From Clostridia bacterium (GTDB lineage Bacteria; Bacillota; Sulfobacillia; SLMV01), in assembly GCA_003566675.1 (NCBI GenBank), contig PXCI01000001.1, positions 1 to 48,227 on the forward strand: DNA of 48,227 nt. Direction: 5' to 3'. Position numbers and translations under genes: made by a program. The notes under the pieces were generated by a model. The model worked only from the letters and a program-made list of their open reading frames with translations, had not been told where the DNA came from and did not search any database. Positions 28,265-38,193 of the stretch are shown piece after piece (within the stretch, counting starts at the first letter, position 1; every line of letters starts with the position of its first letter).

Positions 28265-28732
28265 TCAGAGAGGTCGCTTGATGATCATCTCATCGTCAAG
28301 CCAGGTCCCCGTTGGCTCAAAACCCATCTTAACGCAAAAGGCCTCGGGACCATCGGGCCCTGGGTCGCAGCTGGTGACCAGCTCCTGTGCGCCGGGGCGA
28401 GTCCGGACATAGTCCATGAGTAGGTCCAGGGCCTCGGATCCGTAACCTGCGCGCTGATGCCTCACATCCACCATCAGGCGCCATAGGAAGAACTCGGCCT
28501 CTTCCTCACTGCGATCCTCGCCCAGCATGATCAGACCGACGGGGAGTTCACCCGCGTAGATAGCCCGCAGGTACGCGCTCACCTCGTAGTGGCCCTCGAC
28601 CACGGAAACGGCATTGGGTGCCACGGGTCCCCGGGGATCCAAGTTGCACAGGTAGGCCAGGTTCGCAGCGGTGATCGGTCGCAGGCTCACTTGCTGACGT
28701 AAAAGGGCTTCGGAACCGGGAACCCACCTCAT
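28265..28732 (-). CDS. GNAT N-acetyltransferase (spermidine/diamine acetyltransferase-like)
   Basis: RAIYAGELPVGLIM, LWRLMVDVRHQRAGYG (motif A) and FCVKMGF; GAGGAGG RBS. Confidence 0.9.
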   Translation of the reverse strand: MRWVPGSEALLRQQVSLRPITAANLAYLCNLDPRGPVAPNAVSVVEGHYEVSAYLRAIYAGELPVGLIMLGEDRSEEEAEFFLWRLMVDVRHQRAGYGSEALDLLMDYVRTRPGAQELVTSCDPGPDGPEAFCVKMGFEPTGTWLDDEMIIKRPL

Positions 28733-28754
28733 GATGACCTCCTCGCCTGCCATT

Positions 28755-29135
28755 TCACCTGTGGGGACAAAAACCCATGGTCTCGAAAAAACCGACAGGG
28801 CCTTCCGAGCCGGGCAGGCACTGAAGGCTCAGGATCCGATGGCCGGGGAACGCCCCCAGCACGAGCTCCAGCATCCTGCACCCGTACCCCCGGCGCTGGT
28901 GGTGCGCGTCCACGAGAAGGCGCCGGATGATGAGATCCCTGGGTCCCGGCTGCACCCAGACGAACCCAACGGGATCATCGCCGGCGTAGGCTGCCCGGAC
29001 CCAGGATTGAAGAACCGTTGATGCTGCTGGAAATTCGCTCACAGGTCGAACTGCTTCCACGTGAGGAAGTCCACTCTCTGGTGGTCCATCGAAGAACAAC
29101 ACCGATCCCGGGACGCCTTCCGGAATGCTTGCCAC
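28755..29135 (-). CDS. Second GNAT paralog with atypical or truncated N-terminus
   Basis: RAAYAGDDPVGFV, IRRLLVDAHHQRRGYG and FFETMGF; no convincing RBS. Confidence 0.7.
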   Translation of the reverse strand: MASIPEGVPGSVLFFDGPPESGLPHVEAVRPVSEFPAASTVLQSWVRAAYAGDDPVGFVWVQPGPRDLIIRRLLVDAHHQRRGYGCRMLELVLGAFPGHRILSLQCLPGSEGPVGFFETMGFCPHR

Positions 29136-29420
29136 CGGAAGCCGGGATGCAGATGCCCACTACAACCATAAATATGATACTACTCGAAAATTTATGACAA
29201 CAACGCCAGCATGAACGACATGAAACTCCATATTTCCCATATTATCCATATACTTGTGGATCCTGGCACCTCGATTTCTGCATTCCACCGAGATCAATAT
29301 GGGGCCCAGGGACCGTCCACGGTGCCAGAGACATCCCGCCTCGCTCCTGGGGTCGAAAGTGCCCGCCAGGGTCATGGTCTGCCCGGGCAAATATGGATAT
29401 AATGCGATTGGAGGTGCCCG

Positions 29421-29720
29421 TTGATTTCCTTGAAATTGATGCTGATCGCAATCGGTGTCTTTAACGTCGCTGACTACTTCTTCACCCTGCGGGCCCTGGA
29501 AGCGGGTTTCACGGAGGGAAACCCTTTCATGGATGCAATTATCTACACGTCCTGGTTCCCGGCGATCAAACTGCTCCTGATCCCATGCGGCCTGCTGGCG
29601 ATCTGGCTGGTTGAAGATCGCCTTAAACCCTTCTCGAAACACATCATCCTCGTCGCACTGCTCGTCTATGCGGGACTGATGGTGTATCATGGAAGAGTAG
29701 TTCTTCCGTATCTCCTGTAG
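29421..29720 (+). CDS. DUF5658-like small membrane protein
   Basis: NVADYFFT...GFTEGNPFM motif, three TM helices, GGAGG RBS before TTG. Confidence 0.75.
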   Translation: MISLKLMLIAIGVFNVADYFFTLRALEAGFTEGNPFMDAIIYTSWFPAIKLLLIPCGLLAIWLVEDRLKPFSKHIILVALLVYAGLMVYHGRVVLPYLL

Positions 29721-29775
29721 TGTTTCAACGCCAGATGAAGGATGCTTCCGGAACTGATCTTGGGGAGGTGCAGAC

Positions 29776-30405
29776 ATGCAAAGACGGATCATCAGGGTGC
29801 GCGGGAAGGCAACGGCCAGCGCCCAGCCGGACTGGGTGGTGATCTCGCTGGAGGTGGGAAGCCGACACCGGGATTTTGGACGGTGCACGGGTGAACTGGC
29901 CCATCTCACTGAAACCCTTCGCCAAGACATGGAGAGGGTTGGCGTAGACAGGGATCAGCTGAAGACGGGGCAGCTCTCCGTCTCGACAAGTTTTGATTAC
30001 CAGGACCGGAAACGCGTGTTCGTCGGCTACGAGGCCCGTCACAGCCTGACCCTCGAATTTGATCTCCAGATGGAATCCCTTAACCGAATTCTGAAGATGT
30101 TGGGCCAGACGAAGAGCCGTTCAAAGTTCACGGTCAGATTCTCGGTGAAAGATCCAGAACCCGTCCGCGATCAGGCCCTGGAAGAGGCCGTTAAGAAAGC
30201 CCGGGAAAAGGCCCGTCTCCTGGCCGAAGCCTCGGGGGTTTCCCTCGGTGAACTGCTGGAGATTGATCTCAGCTGGTCCGATATCTACATCCACTCCTCC
30301 TCAGAGATGATCGTAGACTCCCACGCAACGACGCCAGGCTACGACATCACCCCTGAAGACGTCGACTTCGAGGAATCCGTCAATCTCGTGTGGCAGATCG
30401 TCTGA
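29776..30405 (+). CDS. SIMPL (DUF541) domain protein
   Basis: IRVRGKATASAQPD, FVGYEA, ALEEAVKKAREKARLLAEASGVSLG; GGAGG RBS; no signal peptide. Confidence 0.9.
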   Translation: MQRRIIRVRGKATASAQPDWVVISLEVGSRHRDFGRCTGELAHLTETLRQDMERVGVDRDQLKTGQLSVSTSFDYQDRKRVFVGYEARHSLTLEFDLQMESLNRILKMLGQTKSRSKFTVRFSVKDPEPVRDQALEEAVKKAREKARLLAEASGVSLGELLEIDLSWSDIYIHSSSEMIVDSHATTPGYDITPEDVDFEESVNLVWQIV

Positions 30406-30447
30406 CCCTCCAATGGCACCAGGTGCCGAGCAAGGGCTCTCGAAGGG

Positions 30448-31044
30448 CTACTCCCATGATCCTCCGAGAAGCCCGTGAGCGAATAGCCTGGCCATATCCA
30501 AGCGGATCGCCTGGTTGTCACGGGATAGAAATCCGGGGCTGTTGATGGTCTGGGTGAACATGTTGATGTACATCAAGATCGCCTCCGTGGAAATGCCCGG
30601 ATCCAGGTGCCCCTCCTCTCTCCCCTGCTCGATCACCTTCATCAGCATGGGAAGGGTCCTGGTTTCGTAGTACTTCTCGATCAGTTCTCCCACGGCGGGA
30701 TCGTCGAGGGGTATCATCTCCAGCAGGGTCGTGTGATCCCTGTCCACCTCCATGTTGCCAGCGACCATCGCCTCGACCTTCCTGGGAAAGGCAAGGTCCT
30801 GGTCCACCAGGTCTTCAAACCTGCTGAACTGCCGCTCCATGAATCTCGTCACCACGGCCCGGACCAGACCGTCCTTGCTGCCGAAGTAGTTGTATAGGGT
30901 CACCGGAGAAACGCCGGCCCGTTCGGCGATCTCCTCCATGGTCACCCGGTCCCTGCCATGCCTGGAGAAGAGCTCCGTGGCAGCCTCCAGGATCCCCTCC
31001 TTCTTGCGCCTGCGGCGGCGTTCGAATCCATCGATTTCGGTCAT
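30448..31044 (-). CDS. TetR/AcrR family transcriptional regulator
   Basis: ILEAATELF...TMEEIAERAGVSPVTLYNYFGSK helix-turn-helix. Confidence 0.95.
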   Translation of the reverse strand: MTEIDGFERRRRRKKEGILEAATELFSRHGRDRVTMEEIAERAGVSPVTLYNYFGSKDGLVRAVVTRFMERQFSRFEDLVDQDLAFPRKVEAMVAGNMEVDRDHTTLLEMIPLDDPAVGELIEKYYETRTLPMLMKVIEQGREEGHLDPGISTEAILMYINMFTQTINSPGFLSRDNQAIRLDMARLFAHGLLGGSWE

Positions 31045-31091
31045 TGAGCTGTGTCCCCCATTTCAGTTTGCGCCAGGCATTTTATGTAGTA

Positions 31092-31147
31092 TTGAATTTA
31101 TGTCCTTCATAACCTTCATTGACGCCCCACCTTCACCATGATAATTT
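31092..31147 (+). promoter_or_regulatory. Putative TetR operator palindrome next to a sigmaA promoter for the ABC operon
   Basis: TGAAtTTATG-tcctt-CATAAccTTCA imperfect inverted repeat, then TTGACG-N17-TAATTT with extended -10 TG. Confidence 0.5.
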
Positions 31148-31212
31148 GAAGTCACGATATCAGCAACTGTGAGACGTAAGCCGGGATGCAAGTCAAGGAT
31201 CTGGAGGTTGCT

Positions 31213-32121
31213 ATGCTCGCCATTGAAACGTCAGAGCTCACCAAGTATTACGGGCAATCGCGGGGCATCATTGACGTATCGCTCGAGGTCAAAGAGGGAG
31301 AGATCTTCGGCTTCATCGGTCCCAACGGTGCGGGAAAGACCACAGCCATCCGCACGCTCCTGGGCCTGATACGGCCAACCTCCGGGACAGCACAGATGTT
31401 GGGAGAGCCGGTTCCCGTCGCCGGGGGCGAGCTGTATCGGAGCGTAGGCTACGTGCCCTCAGAAGTCAACTACTACCCGGAGATGATGGGACGCAGTCTC
31501 CTGGACTACGCCGCCAGCTTCCACGATGAATACGACAGGAAATGGACCGATAACCTGATCGAGCGCCTTCAGTTCGACCCCGGCCGGCGGATCCGTGCCT
31601 ATTCGCACGGCAACCGAAAGAAACTGGGGATCATCCAGGCCCTGATGCATCATCCCCGGCTGGTAATCCTTGATGAACCCAGCAGTGGGCTGGATCCGTT
31701 GATCCGGTCCCAGTTGTTCGAGATCCTGAAAGAGCTTAACGACGAGGGGGTGACCGTATTCTTCTCCACCCACGTGCTCGAGGAGGTGGACCGGATCTGT
31801 CACCGGGTTGGCATGGTCCGGGAGGGGCGGCTCATTGAAGTGACGCCCATCGATGAGTTGCCGGGGAGGGACATGCGCCTTGTCACCCTGAAGATGACCG
31901 GAGAACAGTCGCCGGAAGATCTTGCCGGTGCGGGGCAGATCACCAGGATGAAAGAGAAACCGGGCTACTACCAGCTCACCACGCAAGTTCCGGTCAACGA
32001 GTTGATGAGGCGGCTCGGGGAACTGGACCTGGAGTCCATCAGGATCACCGACCCCAGCATCGAGGACATCTTCTTCACCATGTATGAGGACGGTCCCAGC
32101 GGAGGCGGCAGCGATGTTTGA
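31213..32121 (+). CDS. ABC transporter ATP-binding protein
   Basis: GPNGAGKT, YSHGN signature, ILDEP and STH; GGAGG RBS. Confidence 0.95.
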   Translation: MLAIETSELTKYYGQSRGIIDVSLEVKEGEIFGFIGPNGAGKTTAIRTLLGLIRPTSGTAQMLGEPVPVAGGELYRSVGYVPSEVNYYPEMMGRSLLDYAASFHDEYDRKWTDNLIERLQFDPGRRIRAYSHGNRKKLGIIQALMHHPRLVILDEPSSGLDPLIRSQLFEILKELNDEGVTVFFSTHVLEEVDRICHRVGMVREGRLIEVTPIDELPGRDMRLVTLKMTGEQSPEDLAGAGQITRMKEKPGYYQLTTQVPVNELMRRLGELDLESIRITDPSIEDIFFTMYEDGPSGGGSDV

Positions 32122-32917
32122 ATGGAACATCTGTCGGGCTGAGATCAGGATGAACATGCGCAGCTACATCACCTGGACCGCCATCATGCTCGCCGTTGTG
32201 TTCATCTACCTGGGCTCCTACGCCTGGATCGAAGAACTCTCCTTTGACGAACTCATGGAGGGCTATCCGGACATGTTCACCACCGGCCTGGGCATCTCGC
32301 CCGACGCCTTCGGCGATGTGAACCGGTACTGGGGCTCAATGTTGGGGTTCCTCGGGATGCTGATCAGCAGCATCTACGCCATGATGCTCGCAGGCGGCCT
32401 GATCTCCCGGGACCCGGACCTCGGCACGGTGGAATTTCTGTACACCAGGCCCGTGAAGCGGAGCAAGATCATGCTGTCAAAGGTGGCGGTCTTCTTCCTG
32501 TTCATCACCGACCTGTGGCTGATTGTCTATATCGCCAGCATCGCCGTCGGCATGCTCTATGCGGCCCCGGGAGAATTTGACCCCGCAGTTCAGGGTTGGG
32601 TGCACCTGGCGGGATACCTGGCATCCCTGGGTGCAGGGGGTATTGCCTTTGCAGCCGCCCCGTTTTTCGACCGGGTGCAAAGCAGCACCTCCCTGGCCAT
32701 CGGCCTGGGGCTTGGCTTCTTCATGTTCAACATGGTGAGCAACCTGGTGGACTCCCTGGGCTTTCTGAAGTATCTCAGCATTCACCATTACGCCGATGTG
32801 CAGGGAGCCTCGGCGGGAGAACCCTTCACCGTTGGCCTGATCACGCTGCTGGGGATCTTCCTGGCAGGCACCCTGATCGGGGTGCACTTCCTCAACAGAA
32901 AAGAGTTCGATGCCTGA
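32114..32917 (+). CDS. ABC-2 type exporter permease
   Basis: About six TM helices; GTVEFLYTRPVKRSKIMLSK motif; overlaps the ATPase stop. Confidence 0.9.
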   Translation: MFEWNICRAEIRMNMRSYITWTAIMLAVVFIYLGSYAWIEELSFDELMEGYPDMFTTGLGISPDAFGDVNRYWGSMLGFLGMLISSIYAMMLAGGLISRDPDLGTVEFLYTRPVKRSKIMLSKVAVFFLFITDLWLIVYIASIAVGMLYAAPGEFDPAVQGWVHLAGYLASLGAGGIAFAAAPFFDRVQSSTSLAIGLGLGFFMFNMVSNLVDSLGFLKYLSIHHYADVQGASAGEPFTVGLITLLGIFLAGTLIGVHFLNRKEFDA

Positions 32918-32930
32918 CCTGTGCAAAGCC

Positions 32931-32960
32931 GGGGGCGGACGGATGGAATGGACCGCCCCC
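32931..32960 (+). terminator. Hairpin after the ABC permease
   Basis: GGGGGCGG...CCGCCCCC stem; weak U tract. Confidence 0.4.
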
Positions 32961-33123
32961 TCTACCCCACCCTGTGCAGGACAGTCCGTCCATTGATCGA
33001 TCAGATTCAAAGGCATGAGCGGACCCGATCCTGGACCCTGCCAACCGATGAATCCTCGCCCTTGGCAGGCACTGTTTGAACGGAAACTGCGGAGACTGAT
33101 GCGACCCTACCTACAACGAAGGA

Positions 33124-35352
33124 GTGATCGCTTTGAATCCAGTGACCGACGACCCAGGGGGCGCACCCAGGGGGCTTCGAGATGTACTGCGGCTGACACC
33201 ACGCTCCTGGCTGGGTGCAACCTACTGCCTGCTGGCTGTGGGTTCCTTGATGTTCCTGGGTACGCTCGTGGGGCCGATTCCGGCAAGCCCCGTCGGATGG
33301 CTGATCAACCTGGCCTTTGCCGCCCTTATCTGGGTCGCATCGCTCTTGCTGGGCAGCCTGGTGGTGAAGCTCTCAAGCCTGTTTCAAAGAATCCCGGAGC
33401 GCTCCCGGTGGTTGTCCATTAGCGCCTTGTTCCTTGTTTTCATGCTGCTACACAACACGGTCTCGTCCCTGTTCAACGTCCTCGGGTTGATGATCCTCGT
33501 ATGGGTCGTTACCTTTGTTCTCGGTGCGGGTATCGGGGCTTTGTCCGAGGCCAGGACCCCACCCGTGAGACGACGCTATGCCCTGGTTGCGATGATCCTG
33601 GGAGGGGTGGGGATGCTTGCGATCACGGGCTGGGTAATCTGGCCTGGACCTGCCTACCAGCAAGTACAGGTTGAAGGATCAAGCCCTGCACCCCTCCTTG
33701 CTGACGATCCATCCCAGGTGGGCCCCTATGCGGTGAGACAGCTGACCTACGGGAGCGGCACGGACCGTCATCGCCAGGAGTACGGAGCCGATGTGATGAT
33801 TCAAACACCCTCCGTGGATGTCTCCAGCATGGTAGACGGCTACAGGGGGATCGTCGGGTGGTTGCGGACCATGTACTGGGGTTTTGATCTCGGCGCGGTG
33901 CCGTTGAACGCCCGCGTCTGGTATCCGGATGGAGAGGGACCCTATCCGTTGGTGTTGATGGTGCACGGCAATCACAGCATGTATGACTTCTCCGACCCGG
34001 GCTATGCTTACCTCGGCGAGCTGCTGGCGAGCCGGGGGTTCATCGTGGCCTCTTTGGATCAGAACTTCCTCAATGGAAGCGGCGCGTCGGAGATCGTGGG
34101 GAGGCTACGGAACGAAAACGACGCTCGTGCCTATCTGCTGCTGAGGCACCTGGAACTCTGGCACCGGTGGAACCAGGGGGATCACGAGATTTTTGCGGGT
34201 AGAGTGGATACAGGCAGTATTGCCCTGGTGGGACATTCTCGTGGCGGTGAGGCGGTCGCCATTGCGGCTGCTTTCAATGAGCTGCCAGCCCATCCCGGAG
34301 ACGCCAGTATCCGCTTTGATTTTGGTTACGACATCCGGTCCCTGGTGGCAATTGCTCCCTCGGACGGCCAGTATCGACCGAGAAAACAGGGAACCCCCCT
34401 GGAGAACATTGACTACCTGGTCCTACAGGGCTCCGCAGATGGTGACGTGCGCTCCTTTGTCGGTTCCAATCAATATGACCGGGTTTCTTTTACCGATGAG
34501 CCTCAACAATTCAAGGCAGCCGTTTATGTGCACGGCGCCAACCATGGGCAGTTCAACACCCGATGGGGACGGGTGGATGTTGATGCGCTTCTCTGGTTTT
34601 TAGACCGCGGCGCCATCATACCGGCTGCGGAGCAACGACAGGTAGCCACGGTCTTCATCAGCAGCTTCCTGGAAGCCACTCTGCGGGATCAGAGACACTA
34701 CGAGGCTCTCTTCGAGAACCCGCTGGTGGGACAACACTGGCTGCCAGGAGGCGTCTACCTATCCCAGTATCAGAGTTCCGACACCCTGGTGCTGGCCACC
34801 TTCGAAGAGGATCTGGACCTTGAAACCGCTACCGCTTTTGGTGGGCAAATCAGCGGGGACAATCTGACCGTGTGGCGGGAAGAACCCCTGGCCCTGGGCG
34901 GTGGCGCATTGCGGAATACTGTGAGCGTTCACCTGGGCTGGGATCATGATCGCAGCGGTACTGCGATGTACGAAGTACTGCTACCGCAGGGGTTGGTCCT
35001 CGGCAAAGAAGATGCCGTCACTTTCTCCCTGGCCAACAACTCGTCCGGCCTGCCATCCATTGACCTGACCATCGAAATAGGCGATACATCTGGGGAACGA
35101 GCCCGCCTACCCCTCAGCCATATACACCCTCTGCCGCCGCCCTTCTCCTATCGGATGTTCAAGCCCCCGCTGAGAGTTGCCTTTGAGTGGGAGCCGGTGT
35201 TCACAACGTATACCTTTCCCCTTGTTGATTTACTGGCAGAGAACCAGGCCCTTGATCTCGAATCCATACATGAGATTAGGTTCCTCTTTGACCGCTCCCC
35301 GAAAGGACAGGTCATCATTGACAATGTGGGCATTCGACGGGCCGGACACTAG
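33124..35352 (+). CDS. Membrane-anchored alpha/beta hydrolase with C-terminal beta-rich domain
   Basis: About five N-terminal TM helices; VHGNH, GHSRGG nucleophile elbow, QGSADGDV and GANHGQFN (Ser-Asp-His triad). Confidence 0.88.
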   Translation: MIALNPVTDDPGGAPRGLRDVLRLTPRSWLGATYCLLAVGSLMFLGTLVGPIPASPVGWLINLAFAALIWVASLLLGSLVVKLSSLFQRIPERSRWLSISALFLVFMLLHNTVSSLFNVLGLMILVWVVTFVLGAGIGALSEARTPPVRRRYALVAMILGGVGMLAITGWVIWPGPAYQQVQVEGSSPAPLLADDPSQVGPYAVRQLTYGSGTDRHRQEYGADVMIQTPSVDVSSMVDGYRGIVGWLRTMYWGFDLGAVPLNARVWYPDGEGPYPLVLMVHGNHSMYDFSDPGYAYLGELLASRGFIVASLDQNFLNGSGASEIVGRLRNENDARAYLLLRHLELWHRWNQGDHEIFAGRVDTGSIALVGHSRGGEAVAIAAAFNELPAHPGDASIRFDFGYDIRSLVAIAPSDGQYRPRKQGTPLENIDYLVLQGSADGDVRSFVGSNQYDRVSFTDEPQQFKAAVYVHGANHGQFNTRWGRVDVDALLWFLDRGAIIPAAEQRQVATVFISSFLEATLRDQRHYEALFENPLVGQHWLPGGVYLSQYQSSDTLVLATFEEDLDLETATAFGGQISGDNLTVWREEPLALGGGALRNTVSVHLGWDHDRSGTAMYEVLLPQGLVLGKEDAVTFSLANNSSGLPSIDLTIEIGDTSGERARLPLSHIHPLPPPFSYRMFKPPLRVAFEWEPVFTTYTFPLVDLLAENQALDLESIHEIRFLFDRSPKGQVIIDNVGIRRAGH

Positions 35353-35375
35353 CTCCCGATGCCCTTCCCCCAGCT

Positions 35376-35406
35376 GTGGGGCGAGTGTCCCAGGCACTTG
35401 CCCCAC
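35376..35406. terminator. Hairpin between convergent genes, probable bidirectional terminator
   Basis: GTGGGGCGAGTG-tcccagg-CACTTGCCCCAC. Confidence 0.55.
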
Positions 35407-35407
35407 C

Positions 35408-36208
35408 CTAACTACCCGTGGACTCATACCTCCCGACGCCGAAGTGCCAGAACCGCAGGGCAACCAGCATAAACACCACACCCGCAAGGGGTGACAGGGC
35501 CTGGAACCAGGCCGGGCTGCCCCACACATCTTCCCTGCCAAGCACCAGCAGAACCGGGAAGTAGTTCACACAGCCGAGGGGAATGATGTAGAGGAAGAAG
35601 TTCCTGAGCCACCCCCGGTAGATGGAGAGGGGGTACTGGGCAACCACCACACCGCCGTTGGTGAAGGAGTTCATGAACTCCAGTCCCTGCACCGACCAGA
35701 AACTGAGGGTGGCCTGGAAGACCATCAGCCCGATGAAGAGCATCACGCCCCCGCCCACGGAAAGCATCAGGACGATCACCCGAAACAGGGTCCACTCAAT
35801 GCCGAGGGCACCGGCCGACCACACAAGCACCGCCAGCCCCTGGACGAGCCGGCCAATCCGCATCAACTGCAGATCACTGCCCAGGACCTGGAGCACCGTG
35901 CTCCGGGGCCTGAGCAGGAGCCGGTCGAAATCGCCCCGGAGCACCTGGCGGTGAAAGATGTCAAACCCCCGCCCCACGCCCTCTGCAAGGGCAAAAGATG
36001 CGTGGATGACGCCGTAGAAGAGGCCCACCTCCGGAAGGCTCCATCCGCCCAGGTGGCCGAAGCGATCAAAGAGGATCCATATGGCCAGAAACTCGACGAA
36101 CACCACGATGCCGAGACCGAAGCTCATCATGATAAAGGAGGCCCGGTACTGCATCTGGGACTGCACCGACATCTTGATCATCTTGAAATACAAAGCAAGA
36201 GCGTTCAT
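35408..36208 (-). CDS. ABC-2 family permease (DUF990 type)
   Basis: MQYRASF, GGWSLPEV, GDFDRLLLRP and YPLSIY motifs. Confidence 0.92.
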   Translation of the reverse strand: MNALALYFKMIKMSVQSQMQYRASFIMMSFGLGIVVFVEFLAIWILFDRFGHLGGWSLPEVGLFYGVIHASFALAEGVGRGFDIFHRQVLRGDFDRLLLRPRSTVLQVLGSDLQLMRIGRLVQGLAVLVWSAGALGIEWTLFRVIVLMLSVGGGVMLFIGLMVFQATLSFWSVQGLEFMNSFTNGGVVVAQYPLSIYRGWLRNFFLYIIPLGCVNYFPVLLVLGREDVWGSPAWFQALSPLAGVVFMLVALRFWHFGVGRYESTGS

Positions 36209-36212
36209 CGTA

Positions 36213-37013
36213 CTAACCTCCCTGGATGACAACGCGGCGGGCGGCCCGGGCGACCAGTACCTTGCCCAGCATCACGATGGCAACGGTCCAGGCGAGCTGT
36301 TTGAGAAGCATGGGGAATACCATGGCTGGCTGCAGGGTGCCCACATAAAACTGGTTGGGAAGGTCCACCAGGCCGGAAAAGGGGAGAATGTGCAGGATCC
36401 CCTGGGCCCAGTCAGGGAAGAGCGGAAGAGGAACGATCACGCCGGACATCAAGATCACCAGGGCGGGTAAGAGCCGCCTCATCCCATCGCCGGCGACGGT
36501 CCAGAGCGCGGAGATGCTGATGATGTTGGAAATGGCACAGCCCAGGAAGAGTGCACCCAGTGTGGCAATGATCCAGGCGGAGAAAGCGGCTCCCGACGAG
36601 GGAAGTTGCATGGCAAAATCCTCGGGCAGAAGGAGAGTCACGGCGAAAATGGGCAGCCCCCTCAGCAGCGTCGGCGCCGTCCTCAGGGCGATAAGACGAA
36701 AGTACCAGTGATCATACAGCTCCAGGGGACGGCAGAGTTCATAGGCGATGTTGCCGTCCCGGATCATCTGCATCACCTCGGCATCCCCATCCCAGGGCAA
36801 CATACCGAGCATTGCCTGCCCCAGCCATATGTAGGAGACAGTCTGCTCCAGGGTCATCGGCTGTACCTGGGCGCCAGAGAAAAAGAATTCCCGCATGACG
36901 ACGATCATCACCAGGCCGAAGAACAGCTGCGTGAAGGCGCCGGCAGCTGCAGCCATGCGGTACTGCAGCAAAGCGATGAAACGCATCCTGGTTATCGAGA
37001 TGTATGGGTTCAT
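36213..37013 (-). CDS. ABC-2 family permease (DUF990 type)
   Basis: LQYR, IRDGNIAYELCRP, SGVIVPLPLFP and C-terminal VIQGG. Confidence 0.92.
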   Translation of the reverse strand: MNPYISITRMRFIALLQYRMAAAAGAFTQLFFGLVMIVVMREFFFSGAQVQPMTLEQTVSYIWLGQAMLGMLPWDGDAEVMQMIRDGNIAYELCRPLELYDHWYFRLIALRTAPTLLRGLPIFAVTLLLPEDFAMQLPSSGAAFSAWIIATLGALFLGCAISNIISISALWTVAGDGMRRLLPALVILMSGVIVPLPLFPDWAQGILHILPFSGLVDLPNQFYVGTLQPAMVFPMLLKQLAWTVAIVMLGKVLVARAARRVVIQGG

Positions 37014-38005
37014 AGGACCATCTCCCCGTAGATTCTCGCGATCACTTCCTCGATAGGCGATTCCTCAACGGTAATATCCCGGATCTGTCCCAGGCGGGAG
37101 AGCCGCTGGACCAGCTCGGAAATCGAGACCTCGGTCGGGTCATAGCGGAGTTCCAGCTGGTTGTCTCGGAGGCAGACCGTCCTGACGCGGTCCAGGCCAA
37201 TCGCACCTCTCTCGGGCACCTCGAGAAAATCCACCACCAACCGCTTCTCATCCAGAAACGACGCCTTAAGGGTGCGGATGGGTCCGTCAAACAGGAGCTT
37301 CCCCCCGGACAGCAGGAGTACCCTGGAGCACAAGGCCTCGATGTCGTCCATATCGTGGGTGGTAAGGATGACCGTGGTCCCCATCGTCTGATTCAGGGTC
37401 CGGATGAAGTCCCTCACCGCCAGTTTCGAGATCGCGTCGAGTCCGATGGTGGGCTCATCGAGAAAGAGAATCGGCGGCCTGTGTAGCATGGACGCAGCTA
37501 GCTCACACTTGATCCTCTGCCCCAGGCTCAACTGTCTCACGGGCGTCTCCAACAAGGGCTCGAGGGACAGACCCTCAACCAGTTCATCGCGGGTTCTCCG
37601 GTACCTGTCCTCCGGGACCCGGTAGATGTCCCGCAGCAGCTCGAAGGAATCCATGACTGGGACGTCCCACCACAGCTGTGTCCGCTGGCCGAACACCACT
37701 CCCAGGCTGGCCACATGCTCCACCCTGGATCGCCAGGGGACCCTGCCCAGGATCTCGCACCTCCCAGCATCGGGAACAAGGATGCCGCTCATGATCTTGA
37801 CCGTGGTTGATTTTCCCGCACCGTTGGGGCCGATGTACCCGACCAGTTCTCCGGCGCCAATCTGAAAGGAGACTCCGTCCAGCGCACACACCGTGTGATA
37901 CTCGCGATGCAACACACTGCGAAAGGCGTGGTACAGGCCACCCTTTCTCCTCGCCACCTGGAAACTCTTGAAAAGGCCCTCCACAAGGATCTGCACCTGG
38001 GACAC
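37010..38005 (-). CDS. ABC transporter ATP-binding protein (DrrA-like)
   Basis: GPNGAGKST, GVVFGQRTQLWWD, LSLGQ and FLDEPTIGLD motifs. Confidence 0.95.
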   Translation of the reverse strand: MSQVQILVEGLFKSFQVARRKGGLYHAFRSVLHREYHTVCALDGVSFQIGAGELVGYIGPNGAGKSTTVKIMSGILVPDAGRCEILGRVPWRSRVEHVASLGVVFGQRTQLWWDVPVMDSFELLRDIYRVPEDRYRRTRDELVEGLSLEPLLETPVRQLSLGQRIKCELAASMLHRPPILFLDEPTIGLDAISKLAVRDFIRTLNQTMGTTVILTTHDMDDIEALCSRVLLLSGGKLLFDGPIRTLKASFLDEKRLVVDFLEVPERGAIGLDRVRTVCLRDNQLELRYDPTEVSISELVQRLSRLGQIRDITVEESPIEEVIARIYGEMVL

Positions 38006-38040
38006 CCTCTCTCGCCTGAGTTATCGTTCACCGGGTCGCT

Positions 38041-38193
38041 TCAGAAGGTCAAAGGAACGCGCCGCTCTCGTGGAGCAAATAGGGCCTGCAATCTTGGGTC
38101 TGTATCTCGGGGAAGGACAGCTGTCCGATCCGATGGGACACAGCATCGGTCACCCGAGAATTCTACCATCTCTTCCCGGGAGCATGCAACCAT
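38041..38193 (-). CDS. 50-aa ORF upstream of the ABC exporter (leader peptide or relic)
   Basis: MVACSREEMVEFSGDRCCVPSDRTAVLPRDTDPRLQALFAPRERRVPLTF with GGAGGTGAG RBS; overlaps a TTGCAT-N18-TAGAAT promoter candidate. Confidence 0.3.
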   Translation of the reverse strand: MVACSREEMVEFSGDRCCVPSDRTAVLPRDTDPRLQALFAPRERRVPLTF

